Below are positions 51,340 to 64,000 of a stretch of 64,000 bases of DNA, in pieces. The notes below the pieces were generated by a model. The model was given only the letters and a program-made list of their open reading frames with translations. It was not told where the DNA came from and did not search any database. The stretch is from assembly GCF_006345805.1 (NCBI RefSeq), contig NC_043008.1, positions 53,010,001 to 53,074,000 of the forward strand. The letters are read 5' to 3'. Within the stretch, counting starts at the first letter, position 1; each line of letters opens with the position of its first letter. Origin of the DNA: Octopus sinensis (taxonomy: Eukaryota). Position numbers and translations under genes: made by a program.

Positions 51340-51552
51340 AGACCAGCAAGGGGAAGCTGCTGACTCCCCTGTTCGAAGGTTATAATGGACACAAGTTTGT
51401 GTGTCACATAGCTAGCTAGAGGCGATGGCCACTTGGAGCTAACCAACGGCAGCATTCGTCTTATTTTTCTGGACTGCCATGTTAGCTTGGCGATAACTAT
51501 TAATACCCAGTACCGCTGCCGTAGTCGTCTTTAGAGAGAATTAGAAATAATG

Positions 51553-51589
<37 letters not shown>

Positions 51590-52218
51590 ATGTACGACGG
51601 GCTTTTTCGAATTTCTGTCTTCTAATCCATTCACAAGACCTTGACAGGCCCGAGGCACATGCTTTTGATGATACTTTTCCTTCTCTGGAATTTTGCGCTT
51701 TCCTTTCTGTCCAAGGTACCAAGCAATGGGATTGAACGCGGAACTGTGCAATTGACAAACGGACTTCTTACCACAGAGCCACTCCCTAGTACATTCACGT
51801 TTAACGAATGCATACATACATACATAACACACCTATTACCTCATCGTCATATCGAATAGAACAGGAAATGCGGTTGGGTCGGCTTTTGAACCGAAGAATC
51901 GCATGCTTACAAGAATTTTGCCAAACCTTCATCGGTGACTGCTAATAGAAATTCCTCGCATAACAATGGTCTTCATCATAGACAAAGTAATACTTTGAAC
52001 CATGAACAGGTAAATGTCTTTTCACTAAAAATAAATATCATTCTCAACAACTAGAGAGCCTGAATTCAGTCTCCCAACCTACTAGAAATAGCAGCCGCGT
52101 GATCTCTCCCCACACATCACATTCTTTGAGAAAGAGACATTACATAAATGTAGACCGAGGGACAGTCAACGCACATACATACATACATACATACATACAT
52201 ACATACATACATACATGC

Positions 52219-52275
<57 letters not shown>

Positions 52276-52534
52276 CTCTTTTACTTGTTTCAGTCATTTG
52301 ACTGTGGCCATGCTGGAGCACCGCCTTTAGTCGACCCAAGGACTGATTATTTGTAAGCCTAGTATTTATTCTATCGATTTCTTTTGCCGAACCGCTCAGT
52401 TACGGGGACGTAAACACACCAGCATCGGTTGCCAAGCGATGTTGGGGGGACAAACACAGACACACAAACATGTACACGCCGGTTGTCAAGGGGTGGTAGT
52501 GGTACAAACACAGGTACAAAGAGACACACGCACA

Positions 52535-52588
<54 letters not shown>

Positions 52589-53411
52589 TATATGACGGGC
52601 TTCTTTCAGTTTTCACTCACAAGGCTTTGGGTGGCCCGAGGCTGTAGTAGAAGACATATGCCCAAGGTGCCACGCAATGAGACTGAACCTGGAACCGTCT
52701 GGCTGGGAAGCAAGCTTCGCAACCACACAGCGACATCTATCCAAATATTATACGTACATATACATATACGTATATACTCACTAACACACCAGTAGACACC
52801 TAGATACACGTACCCAGGCACACGCACACGCACACACACACACATGCACACTCGCATAAACATACATAGATGCATACACACACAGAAATATATACACATA
52901 GCCTGTCTGTATACTGAAACGTTATACCTTTGTGTGCGCATGCGCTTGAGTGTCTGCGCGCGCGTATGCGTGTATTATATATCAGATACCATATATTCTT
53001 TGTTAATGAGAGTGAAACGAAGAAAGCATAACTGATAAGAGGTGGGTAGCACTCAATACGTAAGACAAACGTAGGATTTTCTTTATTTTCTTTTTACATG
53101 ATATCACTTAACAAGCCATCGGTCGAAACAACTACAGCGTGAACTCTTAAATACACAAATATACCGCCCACACATACATTATATATGTTATATATATATA
53201 TATCTTTACGCTTTTACTTGTTTCAGTCATTTGTCTGTGGCCATGCTGGATCACCACCTTTTAGTCGAGCAAATCGCCCCCAGGACTTATTCTTATGTAA
53301 GCCCAGTACTTATTCTATCGGTTTCTTTTGCCGAACCGCTAAGTGACGGGGACGAAGACACGCCAGCATCGGTTGTCAAGCAATGCTAGGAAGACAAACA
53401 CAGAAACATAA

Positions 53412-53447
<36 letters not shown>

Positions 53448-53694
53448 GTATACATATATACGACAGGCTTCTTTCAGTTTCCGTCTACCAAATCCACTCA
53501 CAAGGCATTGGTCGGCCCGGGGGCTATAGCAGAAGACACTTGCCCAAGATGCCACGCAGTGGGACTGAACCCGGAATCATGTCGTAGCAAGCTATTACCA
53601 CACAGCCACTCCTACGCTATATATATATATTATACATATATATATATATATAATATATATATATATAATATATATATATTAATATATATATACT

Positions 53695-53728
<34 letters not shown>

Positions 53729-54806
53729 TATGTATATATATATATATTCATTCTGTCATTATACTATGAACTTGTGGGGCAATGCCTTGAGGAAATAATA
53801 ATTGAATGAATAGACCTTAGAACATCTGTTTAAAACCTGATACTAGCCCTGCATGACCGGGTGGCACAGCATGACTGCAGTCGAATGACTGAAACATGTA
53901 AAACGATAAGAAGAGATAATATTTAATCCATAATCGTTAATCCGGTAAGAGATATATTCCGTTTCGCCTATGACTCATCGGCAACTAAGAAACAGCACTT
54001 AAGAAGACCTCATTTGTAATGTACGCATGACAAAATGAAAAGAAGGAAAGAAGTTCCCGATGGACCACAGGCGAAAAATTTGTCGGACTAACGCTCATGG
54101 GATTACATATCAAACCTTCTCTTTCAGACTTGGCTTTGAGTGTTCTATTCTGAGTGGTCAAATATAGGTTCTTTTTTAATTTGTCACACTCTGGAACATA
54201 TATACATAAGTTACCTAAATTATGTGTGTCGGTGTATGCAGGCGTGTGTGTGTGTGTCTGTATGCAGGTGTGTGTGTGTGTGTATGCAGGTGTGTGTGTG
54301 TGTGTGTGTGTGTGTTGTGTGTGGTGTGTCGGGCTCACAATCTTGAGTTAGTGAGTTCGATTCTTGGACCGGGCTATGTGTTGTGTTCTTGAGGAAGACA
54401 CGTTATTTCATGTTCCTCCAGTTCATCAACTGTAGAAATGAATTGCAATGTCCCTGGTGCCAAGCTGTATCGGCCCCTTTGCCTTTCATCGGTAGCGTGG
54501 AGAGCAGAGGTTGGTATGCATGGGCGACTGCCGGTCTTCCATAAACAATTCTATTTGCGGTCGGCGCCTGACAGACCACTGATCCTAAGATACACCTTGC
54601 CCGGACTTAGGCCTCGGAGAGGAACTTTCACGGTCCAAACCCATGATCATTCATGTATACACATACATATACAGACATACGCACATACATACATACAAAC
54701 ATACATACCTACATACATAAAAACATACATATATACAAACATACATACATACATACATACATACATACATACATACATGACATACATACATACATACATA
54801 CATACA

Positions 54807-54838
<32 letters not shown>

Positions 54839-55058
54839 CACATACAAATATTTCATATTTCATTTGTTTCAGTCATTAGTCTACGGCCATATTCATATAG
54901 ACATTTGTGCATGTTGATAAACATCTATACACCGTAGAAGGGCATGCTGCTATGGTTTTGTCAGAGAGAAAATCTCTTAAAGGACATGATAAAAACACAG
55001 CTTATATGTGGAACTAACATCGTGAGACAAACATCGTGGCCGAAGTTTGTTCATGATA

Positions 55059-55102
55059 ACGTCAGACGCGTTTCGCCCTGCTTGGAGGCTTGTCAATAAA
55101 GT
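55059..55102 (-). ncRNA. Minimal type I hammerhead motif, U3:A8 variant, palindromic ACGCGT stem III
   Basis: Minus strand: ACTTTA / TTGACAA / GCCT-CCAAGCA-GGGC / GAAAC-GC-GTC / TGACGT; stem I is weak. Confidence 0.65.
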
Positions 55103-55338
55103 ATATGTTTTTGACTGTATATGTGTGTGTGTGTGTGTTTGTGTATTTGTATGTATCTGTGTGTATGTATATATATATATATATATAATATATATATATA
55201 TTATATATATATATGTATATATGTATATATGTATACACGTTTGTGCGTATTGTGACAAAGCGCACGTGATAAGAGTCACGGAGTTGAGAAGAGATGTAAA
55301 ATGCAATCAGAAGAGCAACAATAATAATAATAATAATC

Positions 55339-55393
<55 letters not shown>

Positions 55394-55609
55394 GAATAAA
55401 AGCAAGATGGCGGAAATCATGTTAAGAATGCAACTGATACAGGCGGCCAAGTTTTACCGTAGGTGATATTATTCTGAGTGTTAGCCAAGAAGAGTGTTAG
55501 TATCTGAGCTGCAAATGTCTGTGTGTCAGGAGACAATTGTCAGTGTGCATCTGAGGATCAGTGGTCTGTCAGGCGCCGACCGCAAATAGAATTGTCTGTT
55601 TGTGTTTGT

Positions 55610-55649
<40 letters not shown>

Positions 55650-55898
55650 ATTTTTGCTTGTTATCTAATGCTTTGCCTGGCGACTGGCGAAGAATAAAGC
55701 ATAAGCAAATAGATACATATACATGCGAGCACACACACACACACACACCAAACACTCACAGACACACAGACGAACACACATGCACATACGCACACTCCCT
55801 CTTTTTCTACTTCTCTCTCTTTCCGTCTCTCTCCCCATCTCTCCAAACATATAAATATATATACAAATATTTATATATACGTATACACGTATGTATAT

Positions 55899-55951
<53 letters not shown>

Positions 55952-56274
55952 ATATATTATATATATACGTACACATGATATAGATACACGCGTATATGGA
56001 GTGCAAGAGAAATCGAGAGCAAGAGAGAAAGAGAGAGAGAGAGAGGGACATATATATATGTAAATGTGTGCATGCTCATAAATATGCATATATATTTATA
56101 TATACATAAGTATATTTCTTTTAATATATGTATGTATGTATGTATGTATGTATAAGATACTAGTATATAACATTTATCATCCTAAAACGACACTAGTTGT
56201 TATATTTTGTCCGAGAGAAAATCTTTTAAAGAAGTTTGTGTATCAAAATGCAGCGCATCGTTCAGATCGCCGGT

Positions 56275-56327
56275 GAATCACCAGACACATTGTTTCGACA
56301 TGACGCGGTCCCTTCAGTGACGAATTC
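56275..56327 (-). ncRNA. Type I hammerhead-like motif (A9G substitution)
   Basis: Minus strand: GAATTCGTCA / CTGAAGG / GAC-CGCGTCAT-GTC / GAAACA-ATG-TGTC / TGGTGATTC; stem I is 9 bp with 2 wobbles and one bulge. Confidence 0.6.
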
Positions 56328-56606
56328 TCATGCTGAACGAAACTGAAAACGTTTGTTCGGGTACAGAAATATTTAAACAAAGCTTTTACTGATTTGAACG
56401 AAAGCTAGCTAGGCCATAATGATATTAATATAGGCATTTCAAAAGCCTTAGATTGAAAAACTATGTATAGCATTTATAATGAGCATATACAAAGGTGGAA
56501 CGACACTCGTTATTATATTTTGTCTCGAGTTGACTTTGCAACTCGGAAGGAGAAAAGGAAAAGTTGACCTATGTAAGATGTAGATGTCTAGATATACAGA
56601 GGTCGT

Positions 56607-56667
<61 letters not shown>

Positions 56668-57789
56668 ACAAAAACGCAATAGGGTACAATAAAACATTCG
56701 GACAAATAGACGATACAAGGCGGACAAGAGAAACAACAATTAGAAGGACAGGCAAAAAGAGACAGGTCATTTGTGGCCTTGTTTCCTCAGTCAAGTCCGA
56801 GAAGTCACGGCCGTTTCGAGCAGTTACATTTGAGACGGTTCGATCTGGTTTCTCCGCAAAAAGTCTTAGCTAAGAGCATTAGACCCCTTTTTAGCGAATG
56901 TGAACGGCAACAAAGACAGAATACGAGGAACATGCTACAGAAAAAGGCGAAAAAGGGAGAACATGGTACGCAATTACGAATACAAACTAGAAAATAACAA
57001 CAGGTGTCTTTCGACTGAGAACGAATCAACTTGAGCTGGCCTGTATGAAGTGAAAGCCTAAAGGCAGGAACATAGGAGATTGACATAAGAGGTGTAGACG
57101 GTCGACAGTCTGGCCAGAAAGAAAGATCATAGCTAGCCGGACACCGGTCATGTCGAAGGAGGAGAGATGGGCAGGGGGCAGCGGGATGGAAAGAATAGAA
57201 AGAACAGACAAAGGAAAGATACAGGGGGAGATAAACGAGTGAGAAATAGTGAGTTAAAGAAAGAGAGGGCCAAGAAATATGCTGGAGCACCGCCTTTTGT
57301 CGAACAAATTGACCCCAGGACTTATTCTTTGTAAACCTAGTACTTATTCTAGCAGTCTCTTTGCCGAACCCCTAAGTTACGGAAACTAAACATCGGTTGT
57401 CAAACGATGGTTGGAGGTAAAAATACAGATACACAAATATATACATACATATATGTGTATATATATATATGACGGGTTTCTTTCAGTTTCGTCTACCAAA
57501 TCCACTACAAGGATTTAATCGGTCCGAGACTATAGCAGAGGACACTTGACGAAGCTGCCCCACATTGGGACTGAACCAGGAACTATGTGGTTGGGAAGAT
57601 TCGGTCGTAGCCAAGGCTTTTTGTCCTACGATTTGGTGTTGTTTCAGGCAATATTCCGCCTAAAAAAAGAGAAAAGTTTCTTTCCTCATTAATTAGGAAT
57701 AGTCTAAAGGATAACATTTCTCAAAAGAGGAGGAGGAGGAGGGTGACGATGAAGATGATAGTGGTGGGGGTGGGGGGGTGAGGTGCTGA

Positions 57790-58135
57790 TGTTGAGAATC
57801 GAAAATCATTACGATGAAGACGATGATGATGATGACACTGATAATGACGATACACATGGTGGTGATGACGATGATGATGGCAGTGATGATAACGATGGTG
57901 TCGACGAAGACGACGGCGATGATGATGATGACGATGAAAGGGATAACGATGATGATGATGATGATGATAGTGGTGGTGGTAGTGGTGGTGGTGGTGGTGG
58001 TGATACCGATAATGAAGTTGATAACAATGACTCCGATGATGGCGATAATGACGATGTTCACGATGGTGATGATGCTGAGATGGAGGAGGCCCTAATGACA
58101 AAAATATTAATTACAATAACAACAATGACAATGTC

Positions 58136-58197
<62 letters not shown>

Positions 58198-58205
58198 CAG
58201 TAGTG
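57790..58205. repeat. Degenerate (GAT/GGT)n followed by (GTA)n trinucleotide arrays
   Basis: Directly visible; source of the Asp-rich ORF 57783-58373. Confidence 0.9.
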
Positions 58206-58615
58206 AGTGGAGTCGGCGTGATTGGCGTGACCTTATTAAGTTTCAAGGAGGAAAGGACACTTTTAAGATGGCGTTTCTGTTTTCTAAAGAAAGCTTTAGC
58301 GAAGTCACTTGTTTGGTCACTAACGACGAGGAACACCCACAAGGCCATTTTGTTTTCTATGGCCTTTCATTAAAGATTTCAATGGCTGCCAGCTTGATGC
58401 ACATTCCTTTGAATGTTTTGCTTTAGGTTTTTTTTTTGTTTCTTTTGTTTTTTGTTATGCTTTTGTTTTCTGTAAGCTAAATTCTTCATTGATATTTTTC
58501 TTGTACAAAAAAAAAAAAACACAAATCAAACACCAATAAACACGCACACACACACATATAAATATATACTCGATCTGTTTATATATATATATATATAACG
58601 TATCCTGTTATACAT

Positions 58616-58648
<33 letters not shown>

Positions 58649-60678
58649 TATAAATATTTATGTATATGTATGTATGTATATGCGCAACACGCATGTACAT
58701 ATGTGAGAGTGTACAGAAGTATTTCTTCAGTCTTATTATTTGAGGATTTATATTTGTTTATTTTTATCTCAGCAGGACACAATGTGATCTAAGTACGCCA
58801 TTTTGTTTAGATGGTCGGACACCGCATCGATCGATATGATTTTTAAATATTCTTCTGTATAATTTATTGTATGACATCCGAAACAAATGTCCAAGAGGTT
58901 GCTTTTAATGGCAGTTTGTCTGGCCTTTTTCAATAGAACTACCTTCATTAATATCTGTATATCTATCCATAAACACTTCATGTGCTAGCCATAATTACGT
59001 GTGACTCTACTCCTGCCAATATTGAGCAAACTATACGCGTATACGTATATTGCGCTGCAAAGATCTAATGAACGCTGTTTGCTGTTAGTTATGTTCTAAA
59101 ACGGTCGGGAAATTGCTATAAAATCTTTCCCATGTTTTACTGTCGTTTACAAACTAAGAAAAATAATAAAACCAACATTATATAACCTGGGCTGTATTCA
59201 CAGTTGTGAGCCATAAAAATCTCTCCTATTTTTACAGATATTTACAAACTAAGAACGCATAAAAGACCATAAAACGTATCCTGTTATTTTGACCCTAAAA
59301 CAGAGAGACAAATCATAAAGAAACTTCAATGATTTATCATTTAGCGCTCACTAATTAATTCTTAATGATTTATTGCTTGTTAAATGTTTAAAGTCTGACT
59401 TGTACACTTTCTTTATAATTGGTCGTTGGAGTTGTTGATTAGCTCCATTTGAGCACAATGACATTCCACCTGTGCCAATCTCGTCTGTACATCAGGCATT
59501 GTATTTTCGACATTGTTATCCGTATCCCGAATTTCTTTAAGGTGTTATAGATTAGTTTGATGCAGATTTACTTTCTATCTCTAGCAGGTGGAACGACTAC
59601 GTATGTTACCCTCTTCCAACTCGAATAAGGGATTAGTCACGCACCAATATCCAATAAAAGACAGCACAAATTCAACCTGTTCTCTCTCCCCCACTCTTTC
59701 TTTTCCCTATCTTTATATTCTTACCTATACATCATATATATGTATATAAACTATATTTATATACATATACACATACACATATAAATGTAAATATATAATC
59801 AGAGTATAGATGCTGGAGCTTTCGAAGTTATCCACCTTCTCTATGATTTTCGAAGAAATATTCACATATGTATGCATGCATGTATGTGTGTGTGTGTGTG
59901 TGTTGTGTGTGTTTGTCCCCCACCATCCTTTGGCAACTGAAATTGCTTTGTTTAAGCATCCGTTAAATAGCGGTTCGACAAAAGAGACTAATAGAATCCG
60001 TGGCACACTTAAAGATAAGTACTGAGGTTGCTTTTTTTGTTGTTGTTGTTTTTTGGGGGTTTTTTTTTCAACTAAACCTTTGCGGCATGGCTGCAGTCCA
60101 ATGACTGAAAAAAAGTGAAAAATTAAAAAGTAAAGAACTGTAATACTACAGCATAAAAGAAAAGTTTCGTGGCCACAACCACCACCATCACCACCTCCAC
60201 CCAACATCAACACCAACTTTGTTTCCTCATAACTTTCAGTTTGTCAAAAGATAGTAACAGTGGCGAAAATGGTTAGGGTTCACTGGAAAATTTTGAAAAT
60301 TCGCCTGTAGATTGAAAAACTAACAGTTTGAAAGAGAACTGGTTTACTTGGTGGCCAGGGTGATCCTGGACCTGTGAGATTACTTGACTATCTTCAGATA
60401 GGGGCCCTCCTGTAACAGGAGCGCTGCATCATTATATATGTACTCTTTTACTCCTTTACGTGTTTCAGTCATTTGACTGCAGCCATGCTGGTGCACCGCA
60501 CAGCCTTTAAGGGTTTTAGTCGAAGAAATCGACCCAGGGCCTTATTCTTTCAAAAACCTAGTACTTATTCTACCGTCCTCTAAATTATTCTACCTCGCTA
60601 AATTATGGGGACCTAAACAAACCGAAATCGGTTGTCAGGGCCGTGATGTGGGGAACAAACACAGGAAGAAAGACACAC

Positions 60679-60709
<31 letters not shown>

Positions 60710-61119
60710 CGACGGGCGTCTTTTCAGTTTCCATCTGCCAAATCGGTCGGCTCGAGGCTACAGTAGAGACACTTGCCCAAGATGTCATGCAGTGAGATTG
60801 AGCATGGAATTGTGTGGTTGAGAAGCAAATTTCTTACCACACGGCCACGCCTGCTCTTATTGTAACCATATTTTGTTCAATATACGTGATTTTCATATAT
60901 ACGTGTATATACGTTTGTGTGTCTGTGTTTGCCCCGCCAACATCGATTGACAACCGATGGTGGTGTGATTACGTCCGCGTAACTTAGCGGTTCGGCAAAA
61001 GAGCCCGACAGAATAAATACTAGGCTCACAAAGAATAAATCCTGGGGTCGAATTGCTCGACTAAAGGTGGTGCTCCCGCATGGCCGCAGTCAAATGACTG
61101 AAACAATAAAAGAGTAAGA

Positions 61120-61203
<84 letters not shown>

Positions 61204-61655
61204 CAGCAGTAGCCGAAATAGCAGTAGCAGTAGCAGCAGCAAGTAACACCAATATTTAATATCAATATAAGGTCCGTTAATAGTACTTTCCGAAGTAGAT
61301 CAAAAAGCTGTTTGATATAAATGTCACTTGGTAATAATGTCGCAGAAGAGCGTTTTCATTAGCTAAAGCCCAGCTTTGCCGTTGAATTACACATTGCAAC
61401 CTACGTAAACATTTACACTTCTCATTGGCCACGCCACACTTACACACTATTTACTATTCAAGTCAGTGTGTACTTAGATGGCGGACGTTATGCTGTTTGT
61501 CTTCCACTGAGGTGACAGTCACGTGGCTATCAACGCGTCAATCATCCCTAATATTGATGTCTTTAAAAGATGTTGGGAGGGAAACAAGAGATGCAGTCAA
61601 AGAGAGGGGCTTATACGCCTGTCTGTTTGTCTGTCTGTCTGTCTATCTACCTACA

Positions 61656-61698
<43 letters not shown>

Positions 61699-62113
61699 AT
61701 CTATCTATCTATCTATCTATCTATATATATATAATAATATATAATATAATATTATATATAATATATATATACATACATATATTAATATATATATGTGTGT
61801 GTGTGTTTATTATCTCATATATATATATACGTATTTATATTTATACACACAAATACGTGCACACACTTATATATGTATATATATATATGTGTGTGCGTTA
61901 CATATATATATATATGTGCATATATGTATAACATATATACACACTGTACACATACATACACAAACACATATACATAAAGTGATACGTCTAAACATCCATC
62001 CATCCTTACTTACATACATCCATCCAGCCTTACACACATACATACGTACATACACACATACATACGTACATACATACATACGTACATCCATCCATCCATC
62101 CATCCATCCATCC

Positions 62114-62144
<31 letters not shown>

Positions 62145-62303
62145 CATACGTACATCCATCCATCCATCCATCCATCCATCCATCCATCCATCCTTACATA
62201 CATACATACATACATCATACATACATACATACATACATACATCATACATACATACATACGTACATCCATCTATCCATCCATCCATCCATCCATCTATTCA
62301 TCC

Positions 62304-62334
<31 letters not shown>

Positions 62335-62399
62335 CATACATACATACATACATACATACATACATGCGTACATCCATCTATCCATCCATCCATCCAACC

Positions 62400-62430
<31 letters not shown>

Positions 62431-63257
62431 CATACATACATACATGCATACATATCATTTACTAATGGTAATATATGGAGTGAATGCTTTACACAAAGCA
62501 AAAAAAAGAATCCTTTCATATTTTCATTAGATTAGTTACATACAGTCTTAGCATGTTACATTAAAAGTCATGGCAACTAACAGCTCCGATTGAACAGGCC
62601 GAAGCTGTCATTTCCAGGTCACGTGACATCATAACGTTTTTTAGCTTTATATATTTACATACGTAGCTGACCCCACCTTACATTTGTGAATTAGTCGCGC
62701 TTAACTGCCTTTTTGAATGAAGGAACCATGTCCTAAGCATTGCATTTACCTGGTTGTAGTCTTGAAAGAAAGGTTAGAAGAAAAAAATAAATTGAATATA
62801 TATTTCTTTACTGCCCACAAGGGGATAAACATAGAGGGGACAAACAAGGGACAGATAAAGGGATTAAGTCGATTACATTGACCCCAGTGCGAAACTGGTA
62901 CTTTATTTATCGACCCCGAAAGGATGAAAGGCAGGCGTGGCTGTGTGGAATATATATATATATATATATTCGCTATCCTGGACCGCTGAAATCTTCAAGA
63001 TTTTTTTCATTCTGTCTCTGTTTATTATTGCTTATTTCTTTCTTTTGAAAAGCGTAGGTTCGAAACGTAAAAGACTTTTTCATTTTTCCGAGCGTTGAAC
63101 TAAGTCACTTGCTTGTTGTTCTTACACCCATCTTCGTCTTTTGTTTATATCATATAGATGAATGCATCTGTATATGTATTTTGTATACCATGGAGAATTT
63201 TGGTAATATGGATTGAATGAATATATTCATCGACCTTTGAATTTGTTTTCTCTCCTC

Positions 63258-63292
<35 letters not shown>

Positions 63293-63380
63293 TATCAATA
63301 ATACAGTGATTGTTTCTTGTCAGGAACAAAAGGATTAATAGGACTGCTATAGAAGTGCCCTATTGAAAGAGACAAAAATA

Positions 63381-63764
63381 TCAAACTAAAGTTATTGAAC
63401 AAACAAAGGCAAGGTCATCCGCATATCATTTCATAATTCGAACATGTAATCATAGAATATACATATAAACATCCCGCAAGATGGAACGTAATTCATCTGT
63501 ACAAGCATATAGCATATAATAATAAGGTGCGGGAAAAAAAAAATTTTTTTCATCAAAGTGAATCGCTAAAATATTAACTCTAAGCTGTGATGAAAAATTT
63601 GTTTTTTCTCGCACCTTATTATTATTATATGTTTGTATGCTTGTACAGATGAATTATGTTCCATCTTGCGGGATGTTTATATGTATATTCTATGATTAAA
63701 TGTTCGAATTATGAAATGATATGCGGATGACCTTGCATTTGTTTGTTCAATAACTTTAGTTTGA
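63381..63764. mobile_element. Foldback/MITE: ~175-bp near-perfect inverted arms, 32-bp spacer, flanked by TA
   Basis: TA|TCAAACTAAAGTTATTGAAC... and ...GTTCAATAACTTTAGTTTGA|TA; about 3 mismatches in the first ~125 bp. Confidence 0.8.
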
Positions 63765-63781
63765 TATATATATATATATAT

Positions 63782-63954
63782 ACATACAAAATTTAGAGGA
63801 ATGACCACTAATAGTGGACAGCCTGTATGCTAGATATAGACGTCAAACTCGCCATTTACCACGAAGAATGTGTTCTCTTGAGAACACATTTGACGTCTAT
63901 ATCTAGCATTCAGGCTGTCCACTATTTGTGGTCGTTCCTCTAAATTTTGTATGT
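63782..63954. repeat. Second palindromic element: ~66-bp arms plus an inner 11-bp hairpin
   Basis: 63782-63847 pairs with 63889-63954; inner hairpin AATGTGTTCTC-TT-GAGAACACATT at 63867-63890. Confidence 0.8.
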
Positions 63955-64000
63955 GTAAATTTTTTAATCTTCGGATTTTTAAAAAATATGCTAGGCCACT

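Noticed and set aside
56805-57290. 161-aa minus-strand ORF as a Penelope reverse transcriptase or endonuclease remnant near the hammerheads
   Set aside because: No RT or GIY-YIG motifs are recognisable.
57783-58373. Asp-rich 196-aa ORF resembling an acidic biomineralisation protein
   Set aside because: It is a degenerate (GAT)n/(GTA)n microsatellite with no signal peptide or exon boundaries.

Overview
Repeat-dense, AT-rich animal genomic DNA, most likely an octopus or other coleoid cephalopod (inferred from the microsatellite load and tRNA-derived SINE landscape; not database-checked). One protein-coding gene is supported: the first coding exon of a small-conductance Ca2+-activated K+ channel (SK/KCNN) on the + strand, ATG 6822 to splice donor 11558. 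It encodes an exceptionally long low-complexity N-terminus (about 1300-1450 aa of polyQ/S/P/G/E) ahead of the conserved pre-S1/S1 segment. As assembled, the exon is broken by a 450/449-bp tandem duplication carrying a 1-bp deletion; removing the second copy or restoring the base gives one continuous frame. The remaining ~52 kb looks like intron, with no SK exon 2 recognised. It holds at least four tRNA-SINE families, Helitron-, piggyBac-, mariner-, pogo- and hAT-like non-autonomous elements, foldback palindromes, satellites and microsatellites. The most notable signal is a set of 7-9 sequence-diverse minimal type I hammerhead-ribozyme motifs scattered through this intron. The best are at 51287-51339 (+), 32342-32417 (+) and 21751-21801 (-); their architecture matches Penelope-like-element/retrozyme hammerheads, and several lie sense to the SK pre-mRNA. 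Also notable are a ~46-bp inverted templated insertion inside a SINE and a minisatellite with about 12 YY1/Pho consensus sites. All folds and alignments were done by eye and coordinates may be off by a few bases. Almost all ORFs in the supplied track are microsatellite artefacts.
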